Part shown: positions 36,184-49,448 of the stretch, in pieces
How positions within the stretch are numbered: position 1 is the first letter of the stretch
Layout of the letters: each line of letters starts with the position of its first letter
Assembly: GCF_006345805.1 (NCBI RefSeq)
Contig: NC_043000.1
Location: 73,904,001-73,968,000 of the forward strand
DNA length: 64,000 nt
From: Octopus sinensis
Taxonomy: Eukaryota
Direction of reading: 5' to 3'
The notes under the pieces: model-generated
Told to the model about the DNA's origin: nothing
Databases searched by the model: none
Seen by the model: only the letters and a program-made list of their open reading frames with translations
Translations under genes and position numbers: made by a program

Positions 36184-39100
36184 GATTGATTGATTGATTG
36201 ATTGATTGATTCTAGTTTCAGCTTATGAGCTGTGGCCATGCTGGGGCACCGCCATTTGGTGTTGCTACTTGGTTTCACTTCATGGAGGCTTTCTAGCAAC
36301 TGCTATTTGGTGCATGAGAGAGTTCGATGCAGCTGCCCTCATCTGCCCCTCCTGCCGTGAAGTTGGTTCATCTGGGACACCTGACAGGAAGAGATCCAGC
36401 TTCATTTTAAAGACATCTGTATCCACCCCATGCAGGTCTCTCAGGTTCTTCGGGAGGATATTGAAGAGCTGTGGGCCTCGGAAGCCCAGGCTATCACAGA
36501 ATCTTGTCCTACACCTTGATGGCAGGTTCGGAGTCCTAGGCACCACGCAGTGGCGCCCAGTTCTGGCATTTGCGTAACTCTCGATGCCAAAGTTCAGGAC
36601 ACTTCCCTCCAGGATCTTCCAGATGTATATTATGGCATATCTTTCCCGCCTACGCTCCAGGGAATATAATTTTAATCTCTTGAGTCTTTCCCAGTAGCTT
36701 ACATTCTGCATAGAGGCTATCTTCTTCGTGTAGCTTCGTTGGATCGCCTCAAGTTCTGTGATCAACTTGACACTGGATGGTGACCATAGCTGAGAGCAAT
36801 AGTCAAAGTGGCTTAGGACAAGTGTCTCCAGAGGACCATCATGGTTTCTTGTTCTCTTGTTCTAAAGGTTCTAAGAATCCATCCAGCCAGCCGTCTACAT
36901 TTCATTGTCAGTTTAGCAACATGTACATGAAAGGTCGCGTCATCACTCATGTGAATACCAGGTCACGCACTGATTGTGCCTCTGGGATTGCAATCCCTGC
37001 GGGTCCAGTGTATTCATTGGGTATTGCATTCAGTTTTGCATGCTGATAGTATAAAGCTTGAAACTTTCCAGCATTGAACTGCATGCTATTCTTTTCAGCC
37101 CACTTGTATATTTCGTCCAGCTCACATTGCAGGTGTTTAGTGTCCTCAGGGTTCTGTATTGCCTGTGAAACTTTGTATCATCTGCATAACTTGTGATCGT
37201 GGCTCTCTGCGTGGCTGAGGGCATGTCTGAGAGGGCCATTATGAACAGTAGTGGTCCCAGAACAGTGCCCTGCGGAACACCGCTCACTATTTGTGTGTTA
37301 ATGGAGGTGGCCCCATTGGCTACTACCACCTGACTTCTATCCTTCAGAAAGTCATGAAGCCATTCTCCCAGTTTTCCAACTATGTTGAGATCACGCAGTT
37401 TGTGACATATCATTCCATGATCGACTTTATCAAAGGCCTTTGCAAAGTCGAGATATATCACTTCCACATTTGAGTGGTTGAGCAGCCGTTTCAGCACCCA
37501 GTCATAGTGTTGTAGGAGCTGAGTTTAACAGCTTCTCCCTGGTCGGAAACCATGTTGGGTGTCAGGCAGCAAGTCATTCTCTTCAAGGAAGGTGATCAGC
37601 TTCCTTCTGACTATTCGTTCCATGACCTTGCTGATGTGTGAGGTCAGAGAGATAGGTCTATAGTTCTTGGCTTCCGCTCTGCTACCTCCTTTATGAATGG
37701 GGCATATTTTACCTTCCTTCAGTTTTCCTGGAAGTTTGCCAGCTGCAAGGAAGCTCTGAAAGAGGAACTGCAGTGGTCTTGCTAGGACTCTCTTACATGC
37801 TTTCAGGAGGATTGCCGGGAATCCATCGGGGCCAGTAGCTGAGTCTGTTTTCATTTCATCTATAGCCTTGGTTGCATCGTCTTCCTTTATATCGATGTAA
37901 TCTATCGTCGCCGCCTCTGATTTTATATCTGCAGTGGTAAAAAAGTCAGTTGGATTGGTGATTTGGAGATGCCCAAGGGGTGGAGTGAAAACACTCTTGA
38001 ATTGCTCATTCAGTATTTCACTTACCCTCATTGGTTTTCCTGTAAGTGTGCCATCCTTTTCGAGGAGTGGCCCTATTCTACAGTGCACTGTAGCTGTTTC
38101 TTTGGCATATCTGTAGAAAGCTCTGGGGTTAGATTTTATGTTTTCTATAGCCCAGGCTTCTTTGTCTGCTCTTCTTTTTCATGGGAGAGTTCAGACATTT
38201 TTCGATTTCCAACAGTTTTATTTTTAGGCGGACTTTTTCACTGCTTTCAATCTGTTTGTTTAGGCGATTTGAAAATTTCGTACGCCGTCTCATTAAAATT
38301 TTCCTCTCTCTGGGGATTTTGTTTTTGTGTACAGTGGCCTTTCTCTCTGGGACACATTTGTAGCATATGGCTTGCATTACAGACATGAATTGTTGAAGTT
38401 TCACGTCGATGTCTGGCGAGGAGAGACATTTAGGCCAGTTTTGTTTGAGGATCTCTTTCTCAATTGTTTCCAGTTTGCCTTATGGTAGTTCAAGCTGGAA
38501 AGATTTTGAGGGTTTCTTGTAGGCTGCATGTCCATGCTCTCTTTTGGCCCGTACATGGTCAGCTCTATCATGTTGTGATCGAGAGTAGTGTCGGTGTCAC
38601 TTTCACATTATGGATGAGATCCATGTCATTTGTGAAGCAGAGATCCAGTGTGTTACCTGCCCTGGTTGGTTGGAGTATTACTACCTGCTCCATGTACAGG
38701 GTGTTGATGAGGTTCAGGAGGGACCTCGCCTGTCCTCGTTCACATCTTGTCATTCCTGGGAGAGAAAGCCCCTCGGGCCATCTGACATTGGGCAGATTGA
38801 AGTCTCCCATAAGAAGCACACCTATGTGTTTGTTCTAATGTGGTTAGAATTTCTTCTATTTTTATAAGGCAGTCTTCAAACTTGCCCCACATGGCTTGGG
38901 GCATCTGGAGGGCGATATGTAGCACACACAACTACATCAAGTTGCCTAATATGTACAATTAGTGTGTCACACCGAGTTTGAGTATGACAAGAGGACCTGG
39001 GGTGTGAGGTCCTCACGGATGTACATAGCAACACCTCCATGACTCCTTTCTTTCCTGTCGGTCCGTAGTACAGCATACTGTGGTATGTGTAACTCCGCAT

Positions 39101-39933
39101 CTGCTATGTCCGGTTTCAGGTGCGTTTCTGTAAGTGCTATGCATAAGGGCTTGATTGCATGCAACAAAGTCAACTCAGGACGGGATCTTTTTGTCCTTTA
39201 CTGAGTGTTTGCAGTCCTCTGATGTCAGTAGGAGTATCGGGTGAGGTGTACGTTGTTGCCGGCGGTGTCCATCCTGTGTCTGTTTTGCGTGGTGGTCTGG
39301 TATATAGTGGGTAGTCCCACCTGCGGGCTTGGGTTTGATGAAGCCAGGTCAGCTGCTGTACAATCTTTTGTGCCATGCACAAAAAGATTGTTGCTCAGCA
39401 GCTGCTCTTTTGACAACATCATGTTGGCTGTTTGTGGCGCGCACACATCTGGTACCTCCGCTTTGGGGCAGGTGGTGCGTGGTCCATCCCTTTTCTTTGT
39501 GTTGATGGTTTGTCCATCTGCCTCGTGTCTCTGTGGCAGGGTCCCCGATGTGCAAAGCGGCAGCCTGCACCTTCCTTTCCATGCCAGCAGGAACCTCTCA
39601 GGTAGAACATACACACCCGTGTGCGCTGTTTGGTTCCATCCTTTGCGGTTCCACTTCTATTCCTGGTTGTTACACTCTTTGGTCCTGCTTGAGCTTTTTC
39701 TTTTCCTTTAGCTCTTCCAGTCCTTCTTTTAGTTCTTCTTCCTCCTCCTCTACCTCTTCACCGGTTCTCCGTCTCCATGGCCCTTGCTGCGGTTGGAGAA
39801 CTTGCAGAACTTGCACCTGGGTTCACTTCCCGGGCAGGTTTCTCATTCAAAACCTCCTCCCGGGTGTCCACCAGGTGGGGGTGACTACTTCTTCATCGTC
39901 TCCATTCTTTCTTGCCATCTTTGCCCCGCTCGT
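36183..39933 (-). mobile_element. CR1-like LINE, long copy (ORF1 part, APE, RT, 3' tail), frameshifted; 5' end lost in the gap
   Basis: IALTETHL, GGVAMYIR, LMGDFNLP, NYRPISLTS, QHGFRPGRSC, YLDFAKAFDKV, GVPQGTVLGPLLF, YADDTK, YWERLKRLKLYSLERRR; (AATC)n tail. Confidence 0.92.
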
Positions 39934-40033
39934 NNNNNNNNNNNNNNNNNNNNNNNNNNNNNNNNNNNNNNNNNNNNNNNNNNNNNNNNNNNNNNNNNNN
40001 NNNNNNNNNNNNNNNNNNNNNNNNNNNNNNNNN
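39934..40033. other. Assembly gap (100 N)
   Basis: Run of n; unrelated LINEs lie on either side. Confidence 1.
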
Positions 40034-42097
40034 GGCATTAAACACTGTTGGATCAGGTGATGAAGGTCACAGAGAGGGTCATAACCCATCTCATTAGGGA
40101 GAGAATTTACTTAGATGAGATGCAGTTCGGTTTTGTGCCGGGTAGAAGCACCACTGATGCTATATTCCTGGTCCGACAACTGCAGGAGAAGTACCTAGCT
40201 AAGATAAACCCCTCTACATAGCTTTTGTGGACTTGGAGAAAGCCTTTGACAGGTTCCCCGATCCCTTATCTGGTGGCGATGCGGAATGGAGATTGACGAA
40301 TGGCTAATAAGGGCTGTACAGGCTCTATACAGAGAGGCTGTCAGCAAGGTTAGGATTGGCAACGAATATAGTGAAGAATTCCGCGTAGAAGTAGGTGTAC
40401 ACCAGGGCTCAGCCCTCAGTCCCCTTTTATTCATCATAGTCCTCCAGGCAATAACAGAGGAATTCAAAACAGGTTGCCCCTGGGAGCTCCTCTATGCTGA
40501 TGACCTGGCCCTCATAGCAGAATCACTACTGGAACTAAAAAAGAAATTTCGGGTGTGGAAGCAAGGGTTAGAATCAAAGGGCCTTAGAGTAAATGTAGCG
40601 AAGACCAAAGTTATAGTTAGCAGAAAGGCGAACTCAGCACACACCCCCATCGGGCAGGTGGCCCTGCTCGAGCTGTAGGAAAGGTGTAGGTAGAAACTCC
40701 ATAAGATGCACCCAGTGTAAGCTATGGACGCATAAGAGGTGCAGCAACATCAAAGGGAAATTAACTGTTAAGATAGCTTTCATGTGCGGCAGATGCACAG
40801 GGACAATAGACACCACAAATACTCAGAAAACAGATTCCATCACACTCCAGGGGGAGAAACTAGAAGTAGTTGATAGTTTCCGCTACCTGGGTGACCAAGT
40901 TAGTAGTGGGGGTGGATGCTCAGAGAATGTCACCACTAGAATACGAATAGCCTGGGCAAAGTTTAGAAAGCTCCTACCCCTACAGGCGACAAAGGGTCTC
41001 TCACTCAGAGTGAAAGGTAGATTGTATGATGCATGTGTGCGAACTGCCATGCTTCACGGCAGTGAAACATGGGCCGTGACTGCAGAGAACATGCGTAGAC
41101 TTGAAAGAAATGAAGCTAGCATGATCCGCTGGATGTGTAATGTCAGTGTGAATGCACGACAGAGTGTAAGCACCCTGAGAGAAATGCTAGGCATAAGAAG
41201 CATCAGACACGGTGTGCAAGAGCGACGCTTGCGATGGTATGGTCATGTACTGCGGATGGATGAGGAGAGATGTGTGAAGAAGTGCCACTCCTGAACAGTT
41301 GAAGGAATCAGGGGGAGAGGTAGACCCAGGAAGATATGGGATGAGGTAGTCAAGCATGACCTCAGAGCGTTGGGCCTCACTGAGGCAATGGCGAAGGACC
41401 GAGATCTCTGGAGATGTGCTGTGACTACTAAGACCCGGGATGCTTCCGGCACCAGTTCCGCATAGCCCCTGCCCATTCAAAGTACCTTGGATCCCAGAAC
41501 ATCTCGCTGTGCTTGAGGAGACCTATTGAGTCAAGTGCATGAACATCGAACCAAATATCAATGGAAACAGTAGTTGTTATACCTGTGCCTGTGGCACATA
41601 AAAAGCACCATCCGAACGCGGCCGTTGCCAGTGCCGCCTCGACTGGCCTCTGTGCTGGTGGCACATAAAAAGCACCATCCGAACGTGACCGATGCCAACC
41701 CCACCTCGAATGGCTTCTGTGCCGGTGGCACATAAAAAGCACCATCCGAACGTGGCCGATGCCAGCCCCGCCTCGACTGGCTTCTGTGCCGGTGGCACAT
41801 AAAAAGCACCATCCGAACGTGGCCAATGGCAGCACCGCCTCGACTGGCTTCTGTGCCGGTGGCACATAAAATGCACCAACCGATCGTGGCCGATGCCAGA
41901 CCCCTCTGGCACCTGTGCAGGTGTCACGTAAAAAGCACCCACTACACTCGCGGAGTGGTTGGCGTTAGGAAGGGCATCCAGCTGTAGAAACACTGCCAGA
42001 TCAGACTGGAGCCTGGAGCAGACCCTGGCTCCCCAGACCCCGGTCGAACCGTCCAACCCGTGCTAGCGCGGAAAACGGACGTTAAACGATGATGATG
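40034..42097 (+). mobile_element. RTE LINE (RT to 3' tail) with expanded 3' UTR
   Basis: QFGFVPG, GVHQGSALSPLLF, LLYADDL, GSETW; tail GGACGTTAAAC(GAT)n. Confidence 0.93.
41584..41940 (+). repeat. 67-bp tandem repeat (five units plus a variant) in the RTE 3' UTR
   Basis: GGCAC recurs at 41593, 41660, 41727, 41794, 41861; each unit has a GTGCC-GGT-GGCAC-type hairpin. Confidence 0.92.
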
Positions 42098-42290
42098 ATA
42101 TATATATATATATATATATATACATATTCAGGCTTGCGAGGAAGGGATGGCCTCCCTTTGCAAATACTCCAAGGACACAGATATTGTGTCTAAAGCCAGC
42201 TAGAGACGAAGATCTCTTGGGGCTATGAAGCTACAGTAACACCCCCTCCCCAATGTGGTTAGTCATGATAAGATGGCTTCTATACTTTAC

Positions 42291-42389
<99 letters not shown>

Positions 42390-42459
42390 TATATATATAT
42401 GTATATATATAGTTACCTGCTACACACATTTTTTCTCTCCTTGTTTTTTTTTCTGTGTA

Positions 42460-42499
42460 TCTTTCTGTAGAAGAGCGTAGGCTCGAAACGTAAAAAGAC
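42460..42499 (+). ncRNA. Hammerhead-like motif (U6 variant family)
   Basis: TCTTT CTGTAGA A GAGC-GTAG-GCTC GAAAC GTA AAAAGAC. Confidence 0.55.
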
Positions 42500-42693
42500 T
42501 TTTTCTATTCCTGAGCGCTATACTAATACATCTGTTTGTTTGTACACAACCTGCCTTCGTCTTTTGTTTATTTTCGTAAACTTTCCCTTTATATGTATAT
42601 ATATATATATATGTTTATATATATACATATACATATATTTACATGTATACACATATAAATATATATATATGTATCATCATCATCGTTTGACAT

Positions 42694-42736
<43 letters not shown>

Positions 42737-42774
42737 GATACACACACACATATATATGTATGTATATATGTATG

Positions 42775-42840
<66 letters not shown>

Positions 42841-42845
42841 ATATA

Positions 42846-42928
<83 letters not shown>

Positions 42929-42931
<3 letters not shown>

Positions 42932-43134
42932 TGTGTCCCAGAAGTCGCGCACCATTCTGGTTTTCATTAAAATAATTAAAGGATTGTATTTTATTGTATT
43001 TTTGTCTGCATGTTTTATTGAGGGTGCTCAATTTGAGCATATATTTCGATTAATTTCAATAAAGTGCTTTTGAAATCTGTAAGAGTGTATTCTTTTAAAA
43101 AACCAGGATGGTGATTGACTTTTGGGACACCCTG
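42929..43134. mobile_element. Tc1/mariner-type MITE (~206 bp)
   Basis: Imperfect TIRs CAGGGTGTCCCAAAAGTC...CACCATCCTGGTTTT with TA flanks. Confidence 0.75.
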
Positions 43135-43195
43135 TATATATATGGAAAATAAAAGTCAAGATAGAAAATGCTAAAATAATCTTATAAAAAACATT

Positions 43196-43196
<1 letters not shown>

Positions 43197-43226
<30 letters not shown>

Positions 43227-43453
43227 AGAAGAAGAAGAAGAAGAAGAAGAAAAGAAGAAGAAGAAAGAAGAAGAAGAGAAGAAGAAGAAGAAGAAGAAGA
43301 AGAAGAAGAAGAAGAAGAAGAAGAAGAGAAGAAGAAGAAGAAGAAGAAGAAGAAGAAGAAGAAGAAGAAGAAAAGAAGAAGAAGAGAAGAAGAAGAAGAA
43401 GAAGAAGAAGAAGAAGAAGAAGAAGAAGAAGAAGAAGAAGAAGAAGAAGAAGA
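43197..43453. repeat. (GAA)n tract, about 255 bp, interrupted
   Basis: Direct inspection. Confidence 0.97.
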
Positions 43454-45199
43454 TCGTAAATAATTATTTGTTATATTCTGTGCTTGAATTACATCCTATT
43501 TCAAACCAGAATTCATAAACCGATTGGTGTGTAATTACTATTCAATTATTATACCAACCAAACATGATGAGGTTTTATTCTTAATGTAATAAAAATTAAG
43601 TCATATATAATTTATTATTGCGGTCATCTCCACGAACACATATTTAATTACCTACAAATGTAAAGAAAATGCTTTTTCAACAAGATTTTGTAATTGTAAA
43701 AAGGAAAAAATATTGCTATTGGCCAGGAAGTACTGAATCCTAACTGTAACAATGTTTAAGAAGTTTTGGTTTAAGGGAAGATACACACAAAAAATATCAT
43801 AAATGCATAATAAATATTATTGAGTGCTTAGCAAGATGGTTGGGATGAAATTTAAGATCCATAAAAGTGAAAAGAAAAGACAAGAAGTGTAGCTCCAATA
43901 TAAAAATTAATTAATCATGCTAATGAGTATGATAATGTCTCCCCTAGATTATATGTACACAAAAACAGATAAATTGAAGGTAAATGCAAACAGCCAGTGT
44001 ACCAGTATAAATACATATCGAACCACTACCAAAGGCAACTATACAATTCCTTCACACGATATATTGTTCACATAATGTAAAGATTATTTGAAACAACAAT
44101 CTAAACCGAGAGAACATTTCTAGTGTTATAGTTCAAACGGGTTCTTGATAAAATAGTTGACAAATAATTATTGCTTATTAGCAACAGTAATAAAATTTTG
44201 TAGATAACAAAAAATTATATTTTTGTGCAGAGTTCATGTGCATGTATGTAAGGTATAAAAAATATTCATGCCAAAGAATACATATACGGACAGTTTACAA
44301 TGTAGGATCACACAATAATTGACCGGGTCTAATTTCTTGATCAAAAATAGTACCATGTATTGAGGAAATGGGCTCTAGAATCTAATCATCAGAAGACGAA
44401 CATATCGTAAGTTGTCTGAATGGCTGAAAACGGCCGCAAAAGCAGTCATATAATTTTTTCAGTTCTCTGCAACATTCCGACGATGTAGGGTCATATGACA
44501 GTAAAGGACATTTCACGCTGTGATAAGAGTAATTGGACGATAGTAAAATGGTTGTTTATATTTGAGCGACACATAGTAGGTGCCCATGTATATATCTGTA
44601 TGTGTATTTGAGGTGGGAGAGTAGAATAAGAGTTATGCTGTAAGTATTTGCGTTTCCGTTGCTGACAAGGAATAATCATGCAAAGAAATGTTCAAGAATA
44701 AGAATTTAACTTGTATAATGTGGAAGAGTGCAGGGAAATATCAGGACCCAGAAGTGAGAGAGGAAGGGACATGGCAGGACCAGAAGCAATGGAGGAAGTG
44801 ACGTTACATAGAGAAGTGCAGGATTTGATCAGCCTCTTTCTTCACAGGACATCCGAGGTGATCAATAGTGTGAAGTGAATTCAGGAAAAGTAGTTTCTGG
44901 TCAGTGGTTGTGAAGCATAAGCATTTGGGTTCTTGCAACAATCTTTTTCTAATTTTAGTGGAGACTAGATTTCATCTCTGAAGCACGTCAAAAGGTAAGA
45001 GCATTTTACTTTTGCTGTCGAATCTACGTGATATTTCGGCATGTTTTTCTGTTGTGGGAATTGTTTCTTCTTTTCTACTGTTGACATTCAATATGGCCAT
45101 GTGGATAGGATCAGTGGCGAAGTTTTGAAACCATTTTCTAGTGAGCTGAAAAGAAAGTGAAGCTCGTTGCAAAACTGCAGGGCATACACGAGTCACCAG

Positions 45200-47170
45200 T
45201 TTTATGTCACTGTATGTAGAAGTTAGTGTTTTGAATTTGTATTTAGAGATGGCTGAAGCAGATCAGTTAAAGGTAAAAAAGACTGAAGAGCAATTAAAGG
45301 ATGCATATATAGAAAGAACTTTTAAAGCATACAAGAAACTGGGGAGAGTGAAATGGACAGGGGAGAAAGTAGAAGATTATAGGAGTGAGATAAGGAAACT
45401 GACTAGGCAAACTGGATTTATTGGCAGAGTAGCGGAGAGAATTGTGAAGTTGGCTTTTGTGATTGGATTCTCAACCATATCTCAGTGAGTTTGTAGCAGC
45501 TGCCGGACATCAACACAATGTCGGTGGGCAATTTAGTAAATAATGCATATTGATGCAGAATGACATATATAAATGTCAGGCAATGGTGATGACAAGAGAC
45601 TTGTAGGATGAAGGGGCAGGTGGCAAATAGCAAAAACCAGAGTATTGTGGAAGAAGCAAGATAGACTTTTAATTGACAGTGTTTTGGGTGTCGGGGTTCT
45701 CACATGGTCAGAGATTGCGAGGAACCAAAATCTGAAGTGGTATGTTACCAGTGTGACCTGCCCGAGTACATAGTGAGCTATTGCAAACAGGGAAATGCTG
45801 GTAGCTGGCCTGACAATCGATTAGAGGCACACCCACGTTCATTGCCTGTAATAAGGGTTCTGATGGGGCCAAGGGAAGCGCAAGCTCTTGTTGATACGGG
45901 ATGAACAACAACCTTGAGAGCTGGAGTGTGATGGCAGAGAGGTTAGATGTAGAAGCCTTCTACATTTAACCTCTCTGCCATCACACTCCAGCTCTCAAGG
46001 TTGTTATTCATCCCGTATCAACAAGAGCTTGCGCTTCCAGTGGAGATGGAGGTACTAGGAACATTGATAAAAATACTGGCGATTGTTGTCGTTGAGGTAG
46101 TGGATGGTGTTGATGTAGTTGTAGGTATGGCATGATTGGCTGACTGGGTGGTATGATGATTGGCAAAATATAAGTGGAATATGGTGAACAGCGTACCTCT
46201 TACTGTAAGCATGACGTGGAAGAAGGCTGTAGGATCGATAGGTCAAGTTTAGAAAGAAGGGATACAATAGACAAGAAGATGGGGGTTTTCTGGGCTAAGT
46301 TCAACAGCAAACAATGGTTAGTACCTTCATGTTCAGAAACAGGGTAAATTGCTACAAGTACACCCTGAAAAGGGAGGCTAGGAATGAGTTCGAGAGAGAG
46401 GTGGGCAGGTGGCTAGGAGAGGTTATATTAATGCTGTAGAAAGAGGAAGTTCAGAGTAATATGCTGCCAGAATAAAGTCCTATCAGTGCTAGATTTTGGG
46501 GAGTACATGTCGTGTCTTATGGCCGGCGAAGAAGCATACGTCTGTGGGGAAACTTTGTGGGAGTGAAGGCAGATGACAGGTACGACTACGAGTGTTGATC
46601 TCAAGTTGGCATATCTGCAGCTCCATGTGTCTGAGAAGCTGTGGAGGTACCAGCTGGTGTGGTACAAGAGCAGAACATACTGTATGACTTGGTTGAAATT
46701 CGGTTTGAGTCTAGCACCAAAAATTAAGGCGACGGTTCTCAAGGCAATCTTGGGGAAGATAGCCAAGGTGGATCAGGCTACTAGTTCCTACATTGATTAC
46801 ATTCTGGTAGATAAGTGTGAGGTGTTGGCAGGGGAAATTATGGATCATCTGAGAAGGTTTAAGTTGATTGCAAATCCATCAGAGGCTATAGAAGGAGGTA
46901 CTGCACTGGGTCTCAAGCTTGAATGAGATAAAGCAGATAGGCTCGTTCCGGAGAGGAAATGAGATTTCAGAGCCGAGCGAGGATATGAATAGGTGAGAGC
47001 TATTATCAATGTGAGGGAAACTGGTAGAGCACTCTCCTGTTGCAGGTTCCAAATGGCGTGCAAACCACAGTAAGAGACGAGCTGAAGGAGTGAACTGGAG
47101 CGACAAAGTGGGGGAGAAAACTATGGCTATGATGTAAGATGTCTTGGAGAATGTGAGAGTGGAGAACCCG
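45200..47170 (+). mobile_element. Degenerate Gypsy-like LTR retrotransposon internal region (gag, protease, RT)
   Basis: IVKLAFVIGF; knuckles CFGCRGSHMVRDC and CYQCDLPEYIVSYC; ALVDTG; VDLKLAYLQL..FGL..YIDYIL. LTRs not identified. Confidence 0.8.
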
Positions 47171-48195
47171 GTGAAGAGCCGGTGGTATGTGCCCAAAACA
47201 AAAAAGAAAAGAGATTATATGGTGTAATGCGAGTTGCAAAGCGATAAAAGTCATTTTGAAAATGTATTTCACACATTTTTAAGTGAGTAAAAAGCTTTGT
47301 GATCTTTCGGATGTATGTTGTGGAAATATGGACCTCAGCACTATTGTTGATGGGTTTGGTCATAGTGAATCTCCCAGGAGGCTGCTGATTGTTAAATGTT
47401 GGTGGCTAATTATAAGCATTTAAGTTTAATATGACGATGGTGAGAATTTGGCGAATTGGATATGAAAAAAGAGCAAAGTGTTTGTGTAGGAATAATTGAT
47501 GATTCTTTTCTGGGATTAAAACTATTTTCTGTTTTTTTAAACGCAATTAAAATTGGTTGAAACTGCTACAACTCCAGGGATGAAATGAGTAGAAAAAATT
47601 CTTTGGATCAGTGTGTCATTGTAATTATGTTTGTGTGTGACTGCTGTTAGTGGTGTATATGTGTTAGAGTGATTGAATTGTTAGGAGTATATGTGAATGG
47701 GATGGTGGGTAGTAAGAAGTCTAACTAGTATAGCAGTTTTGTCGTTAGCTAAATGACTTGGCATAACTGGTTGTATTCATTGCAAGCTATTCTTTGACAA
47801 CTGTTACTTGCTGTTTTGTGTCGATAGTGATGGTGTTTGTAATAGTCGATAAGTTGTGGTAGCATCTCCTCTCGGCCTATGACCAATAGCCAGTTGTTGC
47901 TTTAGTTGTGTTCTGCTTGAAAGCTAGGTACCAACTAATTAACTAGCTTGTCTTTGTCTATTTTTATAGAAGTCTTTATAAAGTCTTGAATAGCAAGGTC
48001 AGTAAACGCCAAGATGATACATTTGATTGCTTGATTGAGATCAAACAAGAAAACATTTTTGCAAACAAGAAAGCACTGTCAAATAAATAAATAAATAAAA
48101 TCCTAGCCTCATACAGGTGTTTCAGTTCCTGGCAGTGGATTGGCTCTAATTTGAAGTCTGATTCTCAGTTACTCTTTGTTTTCCGACAGGTTATA

Positions 48196-49448
48196 CGAGG
48201 GACGTTCAATAAGTAATGCCCCTGACCCACTTGCAGTTGTTTAATCTAGCTGAAATTTTGCATGTCCAATTATTTATATCTCTATAGATTAAGTGGCAAA
48301 TTATAGCTCTGAACTAATTGTGGTTTCTGATTTACAGGTGTTTGAACTGAGTCAAGTGTGAAATGGAGCCTGTTGAGTGTCGAGCAGTGATCCGGTTTTT
48401 GTATTTGAAAGGACGCACACCACGGGAGACTTTTGATGAAATGAAAGTAACTTATGGTGATGATGCCCCATCATATGACCTTGTAAAACGCTGGCATCGT
48501 GAATTCAAATATGGTCGGAACTTTGTGGAAACAGTTCCCAGATCTGGTCGCCCCACTTCTGCCATTGATGAGGCATCTGTCCGTCAAGTTGAGACTGCCA
48601 TTTTGGAAGATCGACGCATAACTATTCGCCAAATAGCCCATGAGGTCAAGATTAGTACCGGGTCTGTGGAAACTATCATTCATGACCATTTGCATATGCA
48701 AAAGGTGTCTGCCAGATGGATTCCCAGGCTGCTCACACCTTTCCAGAAGCAAGAATGCGTCGAGTACTCGAGGATGAATTTGGAGATGTACCAAGAAGAT
48801 GAGTCAAAATGTTTCAAAAGACTGATTACACAGGATGAAACCTGAGTCCATCACTATGATCCAGAGATCAAAGCCCAGTCAATGCAGTGGAAGCACCGTG
48901 ACTCCCCTCCTCCAAAGAAGGCAAGGGTGCAGCCCTCCGCTGGCAAGGTCATGCTCACAGTCTTCTGGGACCAGGACGGAGTAGTGATGACAGATTTCCT
49001 GGCAAAGGGTACCAAAATTACAGGAGCCTATTATGCTTCACTTTTGAGGAAATTAAGAGAAGCTAGCAAAATCAAGAGGCGGGGTAAGATCAGCAAAGGC
49101 ATCCTCCTCCTGCAGGAAAACACTCCGGTCCACAACTCACGTGTCGCCAGATCAGAAGCACAGGTGTGCGGCTATGAACTCCTCCGCCATCCCTCTTACT
49201 TTCCTGACCTTGCACCCTCTGATTTTCACCTTTTCCCAGCCATGAAGTTGTTTTTGAAAGGAAAGCGTTTCCCAGAGGACCAAGCTAGGGTCTTCTACAA
49301 AAACGGTCTCCAGAGCTGCATCAAACGATGGGAGAAATGCATAACTCTGGGTGGTTCTTATGTAGAAAAAGACTAATAATGTGCCAAGTTTCGTTGCTCT
49401 ACTGCTATGGGAAGTGGGTGAAGGGCATTACTTATTGAACGTCCCTCG
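48196..49448 (+). mobile_element. mariner transposon, same family as 3915-5196; transposase 48363-49376 with one in-frame TGA
   Basis: TIRs and TA flanks; DET*VHHY, LQENT (D to E), PDLAPSDFHLF; short deletion near the C-terminus relative to the other copy. Confidence 0.95.

Noticed and set aside
39847-40097. ORFs spanning the N gap
   Set aside because: Artefacts joining unrelated LINEs across unknown sequence.
41584-41940. CRISPR-like regular repeat
   Set aside because: Whole units repeat with no unique spacers; it lies in a LINE 3' UTR in eukaryotic DNA with no cas genes.
48363-49376. Active or domesticated mariner transposase
   Set aside because: Stop at the conserved Trp, catalytic D-to-E change and a C-terminal deletion.
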